Shown here: piece after piece, positions 59,857-64,000 of the stretch
Layout of the letters: the number at the start of each line of letters is the position of its first letter
How positions within the stretch are numbered: position 1 is the first letter of the stretch
Notes under the pieces: generated by a model
The model's database searches: none
The model's input: only the letters and a program-made list of their open reading frames with translations
Told to the model about the DNA's origin: nothing
Translations under genes and position numbers: made by a program
DNA from: Pristiophorus japonicus
Taxonomy: Eukaryota
NCBI RefSeq assembly: GCF_044704955.1
Contig: NC_091983.1
Location: 109,678,001-109,742,000 of the forward strand
Length of the DNA stretch: 64,000 nt
Direction: 5' to 3'

Positions 59857-62800
59857 GGGGTTAGAACCTCGACTTTTTTTGCCTGCTTAACACCCACTTA
59901 ACGCCCATTTAGCTGCTGAAATGACGTATAACGCCCAGATATCACCCATTTTGGCACAAATGGAAACTGACGGGCTTTTTTCGGAGACTTATCGGCAAGC
60001 GTTACTTTACCCATGTGCATAACGGCGAGAAAAAATATTACTGCCCGCCCACTTTTTTTGGGCGGAATCAGCAGAATGGGCGATTTCAACGCCCATATTA
60101 TCGCCCAGCGTTACTTTCCTCACGTACTTAACACCGAGATTCAATAATAACGCCTGGCGACTGTTTTTGGTCGTAAAGAGCATATTTACCCAAACTAGTG
60201 GCCATGGAGATCGCCCATCGTCAATTTCACCACCTCGCACACATATCGCCCACAATATCGCCCGCTCTAAAAACCGCGCACAAAATGTGGAACTAACCGG
60301 GACGGACGCCAACAGTGTGGCTGGCATTTGTTAAACGTGAGGAGCTGATATCGGAAAGATTTGCCTGAAAGAATGTTGCTGTGAGTGACAACACTGACAC
60401 ACTGCTGTGTGTGTGCAGCTCAGACATCAATGGTGCCCATCACCTTGGTGCCAGTTAAAGTTTACATTGATTGATGTTAAGTTGTATTTAACCCTTTCAC
60501 GGTAAGGAATCACCAGTGTGTAATGGTCCAGCTATCTGAGACAATGCGCAACAAGGTTATGTTCAATAACAAAAGTTTAATACCAACATTGGTCTGAAAT
60601 CATAAATAACACAGCCAATAACACCCAAGCCCCGCCCACATCCCATTTTTTCCACCATTGACATGAATCACATGGTCAACATGTCCAGCAACACAGAATA
60701 CAAAGGCAAAGCAGGAGGATGGTCCCCAGCCCCCCATACATTACAACAAATTGCATACACCCAGATAGAGATATAACACAGCCATCACCTGCGCACATGC
60801 ATCTCACTTTCCTTACCCCCTCTTTTTCTTCTTCCCACCTCTATCCCTTCCCCCCCTCGCTCCACGGCACCTGGCTGAGGAGCTCCTTAGGCGGTGCCTC
60901 TTTCGGGGGGAAGAAGACAAATGCATTGGTTGAACGGGTATGGGAGCGGGGCTGCTGAGGGGGCAACATTCTCTGATGCAGAAGCAGGATCTTGGTCCTT
61001 GCTCTCATATGTCGTTCGCAGTGGTGGTGTGGAACCGAGGGGTGGAGTGCCGCTCTGGGACCACTGTGGCAGCAGTGTTCCTGGCTAACGTATCCAGGGA
61101 CTCTGCCATGCACGAAATGTACTCGGACATGGTGGCCAGGTGTCGGGATATGCCCCCCAAAGCTTCGATGAGCTGGTCACCAATGTCTACAGTCCTCCTG
61201 GACAACTGAACCATCTCTCCACTGTCATGTCGTGCTCGTGGAATAGACCTGCCATGTCCATGAGGCCTCCGCGGGGTTGGTACTGTCCTGGGGACAAATG
61301 GGGCGCTCTGTGGAGAGGTGCTTGGGAATGACTGGAGCACCTCAAGAGTGGAGGCGGGAATGACTGGAGAACCATTGATGGCCTTGGGGTGGAATGGGTT
61401 CTGGAGCGTGGCGATGCAGGTTCTTCGAAGTCCGTGCTCTCACCTGTCGAGAACAGATCCAGCGGATTGACGGACAACAATCAGAGCTCCTCAGCACCAG
61501 ATGTAGTAGGATCGTCCGCCAACTCCTGCCCCGCGCCCCCACCTTCTGGTCTCTGTGGCCTTACCTGGGGCCGTGCTGCTGGCTCAGCTGCAAGACACTA
61601 ATGAGGTTGTTAGAGGATAATGGGGTGCTTGGGTGACAAGGTGAGTCCAGTGCTGCACACAGCAACTGCACGACAAAAGCACCACCGCTCTCAAAATCAT
61701 CGCAGACATCACATTTCATGACCATCAACACATTTGCATTACAATGATTTTCATTAGGCCAGCATTAGTTCGATGACACTTTTAGAGATCATCTATCATA
61801 TATGATTGGTCAGATATGAGTTGGTGTGGCATCTATTGATTTACATCACGCAATGGTGTAAGCTTTATTCATGTGGTATCACTTCAAGGTCTGCAGATGC
61901 GTCCGTGGCTGTCCGGGTGTGCTTCCCCACGAGTGCTGGCACTCACTCCTCAATGTCAGTGATGTTGCTGGGGACTGATGGCCCCCCACCTGTTCGCCAC
62001 TGCACGGACCTCATTGTTGATAGCTTCTTCTGTAAAAGGTGACAGGGCGACATGGCATGAGATCATTGCGTGATATCATTGCTAGGTACTGTCACAGAGA
62101 CTGTTACAACACATAACTGACAGATGTAATCATGATTATTATGATAATTATCATTCTTTACCTAAAGACATCGACCGCGACCGCAGGCTTTGAGTAAAAT
62201 ATTCTCGGTAAAAGTGCAAGACCTCACTCACATCTGCTGATAGTCACTCATGACTGTTACAAATCAAATTGTGTAAATACATAAGTACATGTAAATCAAT
62301 GTAATACTTACTCTTGCGGATCCCACAAGGTCGTTCCATCGTTTGCGGCATTGGTTGCCCTCACTCACCTCGTTGGTCGCCGACGAGATCACCTCTGCTA
62401 TCTCGGTCCATATCCTCTGGTAGGCCTTGGGGTGGGCTTCCCACGCTCTCCCTGTGTCAAATCACCCCAGCGTGACTCGACCTCCTGCAGCAGGGAGGCA
62501 TTTGCCTCGTCCAAGAACATCCTGGCTCTTTTGCGACCTACAATATGCTCCTCTCCCACCTCACTGCTCTCGCCAGCATCAGTCTCCACAGCGTGCTGTG
62601 ATGGCTCCTTCTCTCCCTCCATTATAGGGCAAATTTGGTCAAATATGTGGTTGTTAATAGCTAATTTTTGTTTGACTACTTGCTGTGAAGCTCTAAAGTC
62701 TCTCTCCTTCCTCTCAAAGCAGCCACACCACACCCAGCCATGCCTTCAGTCCCTCTGAGCTCCCTCTCTTTCTATCTCCTCTTCTGCACATATCATGGTG

Positions 62801-63047
62801 ACCCTTGACCTCCCGAATCATGGGAATCGAGTGTTGCCATGCCGTTAATAAGGACGGCAGAAGGTCAGAAAAATTTAATGCTACCGCCCATTTGATATCA
62901 CTCACAGTAACGCCCATTTCAAAAATGTAAACTAGGTGTTTTGAGAATGGGCGGGAAGCCGGCGATCTGAAAACCCTTTTTTACCGCCCACGCTGGAAAT
63001 AACACCCATTTTTGGGCGACAAGCTCAAAAGTGGAGGTTCTAGCCCC
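59857..63047. mobile_element. Harbinger element 3: TIR-complete, Myb-like gene only
   Basis: TIRs GGGGTTAGAACCTCGACTTTT and AAAAGTGGAGGTTCTAGCCCC (19/21); AT on both flanks; CGCCCA subterminal repeats; no transposase motif seen. Confidence 0.88.
60841..62623 (-). pseudogene. Myb/SANT-like gene of Harbinger 3 (three exons)
   Basis: RKRARMFLDEANASLLQEVESRW..IWTEIAEVIS..QCRKRWNDL, donor GTAAGT 62311; exon 2 from 62029 with RTGGGP; exon 3 from 61587; frameshifts and stops. Confidence 0.82.
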
Positions 63048-63139
63048 ATATCTTTTATACAGAAAAGCAAAGTAAATATCACACTACTGAGATGCTCTGG
63101 TGGGACAATGCTTTTACCTACTGGTCTCCATTGCCACTG

Positions 63140-63303
63140 GCCTTTAGCCAAGCTGTTCCAGTACAGCTACAACACTGGCATCTAACCGACAATGTGGAAA
63201 ATTGCCCAAATATGTCCCATCCACAAAAACAGTACAAATCCAATCTAGCTAATTATCGCCCCATCAGTCTACTCTCAATTATCAGCAAAGTGATGGAATG
63301 TGT
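63140..63303 (+). mobile_element. RT fragment of the 17879 LINE family
   Basis: SNLANYRPISLLSIISKVME, collinear with 23780-23940. Confidence 0.75.
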
Positions 63304-63912
63304 CATCATCAGTCATAGGCAGTCCCTCGAAATCGAGGAAGATTTGCTCATACTCCAAAAGTGAGTTATCAGGTGACTGAACAGTCCAATACAGGAATTA
63401 CAATCTCTGTCGCAGGTGGGACAGAGGCTCGTTGGAGGAAAGGGTGAGTGGGGAGTCTGGCTCCTTCTGCTGCCTGTGCTTGGTTTCTGCATGCTCTCAG
63501 CGATGAGACTCAAGGTGCTCAGCGCCCTCCCGGATGTTCTTCCTCCACTTAGGGCGGTCTTTGGCCAGGGATTCCCAAGTGTCAGTAGGAATGTTGCACA
63601 GTATCAAGGAGGCTTTGAGGGTGTCCTTGAAACATTTCCTCTGCCCATCTTGGGCTCGCTTGCCGTGTCGGAGTTCCGAGTAGAGCGTTTGCCTTGGGAG
63701 TCTTGTGTCCGACATGTGAATAATGTGGCCCGCCCAAAGGAGCTGGTCGAAGGTGGTCAGTGCTTCGATGCTGGGGATGTTGGCCTGATCGAGAACACTG
63801 ACATTAGTGCGTCTATCCTTCCAGGGGATTTGAAGGATCTTGCAGAGGCATCGTTAGTGGTATTTCTCTACAGATTTGAGATGTCTACTGTATATGGTCC
63901 ACGTCTCTGAGC
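63304..63912 (-). mobile_element. RTE-clade LINE 3' portion
   Basis: MSDTRLPRQTLYSELRHGKR..GQRKCFKDTLK; C-terminal CPTC..H; same 3' UTR as 14570. Confidence 0.9.
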
Positions 63913-64000
63913 CATAGAAACATAGAAACATAGAAAATAGGGACAGGAGTAGGCCATTTGGCCATTTGAGCCTGCACCACCATTCAATAAGATCATGGCT
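63913..64000 (-). mobile_element. CR1 3' tail, continues beyond the window
   Basis: CATAGAAACATAGAAACATAGAAAATAGG plus CR1 3' UTR. Confidence 0.9.

Overview
Eukaryotic, transposon-saturated DNA with no complete host gene; no rRNA, tRNA genes or CRISPR. The repeat families (CR1 LINEs with (ATAGAAAC)n tails and an esterase ORF1, a Deu-type tRNA SINE, Penelope with a hammerhead) suggest a cartilaginous fish; that assignment is inference. Contents: many CR1 copies (one with an uninterrupted 968-aa ORF2, one full-length chimera), four related Ty3/Gypsy LTR elements (three with both LTRs), four PIF/Harbinger elements or remnants plus MITEs, a Penelope-like element, RTE and L2 fragments, and one candidate host exon. 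Most interesting: (1) two Gypsy elements inserted antisense about 32 codons apart in the transposase genes of two different Harbinger elements; (2) a CTCF-like motif kept in all seven otherwise dissimilar LTRs; (3) an RT-encoding LINE with an apparent tRNA-like head and no room for ORF1; (4) a CR1 subfamily chimera at a probable deletion junction. I see no firmly supported new system; these are testable leads. All comparisons were made by eye and boundaries of old fragments are approximate.
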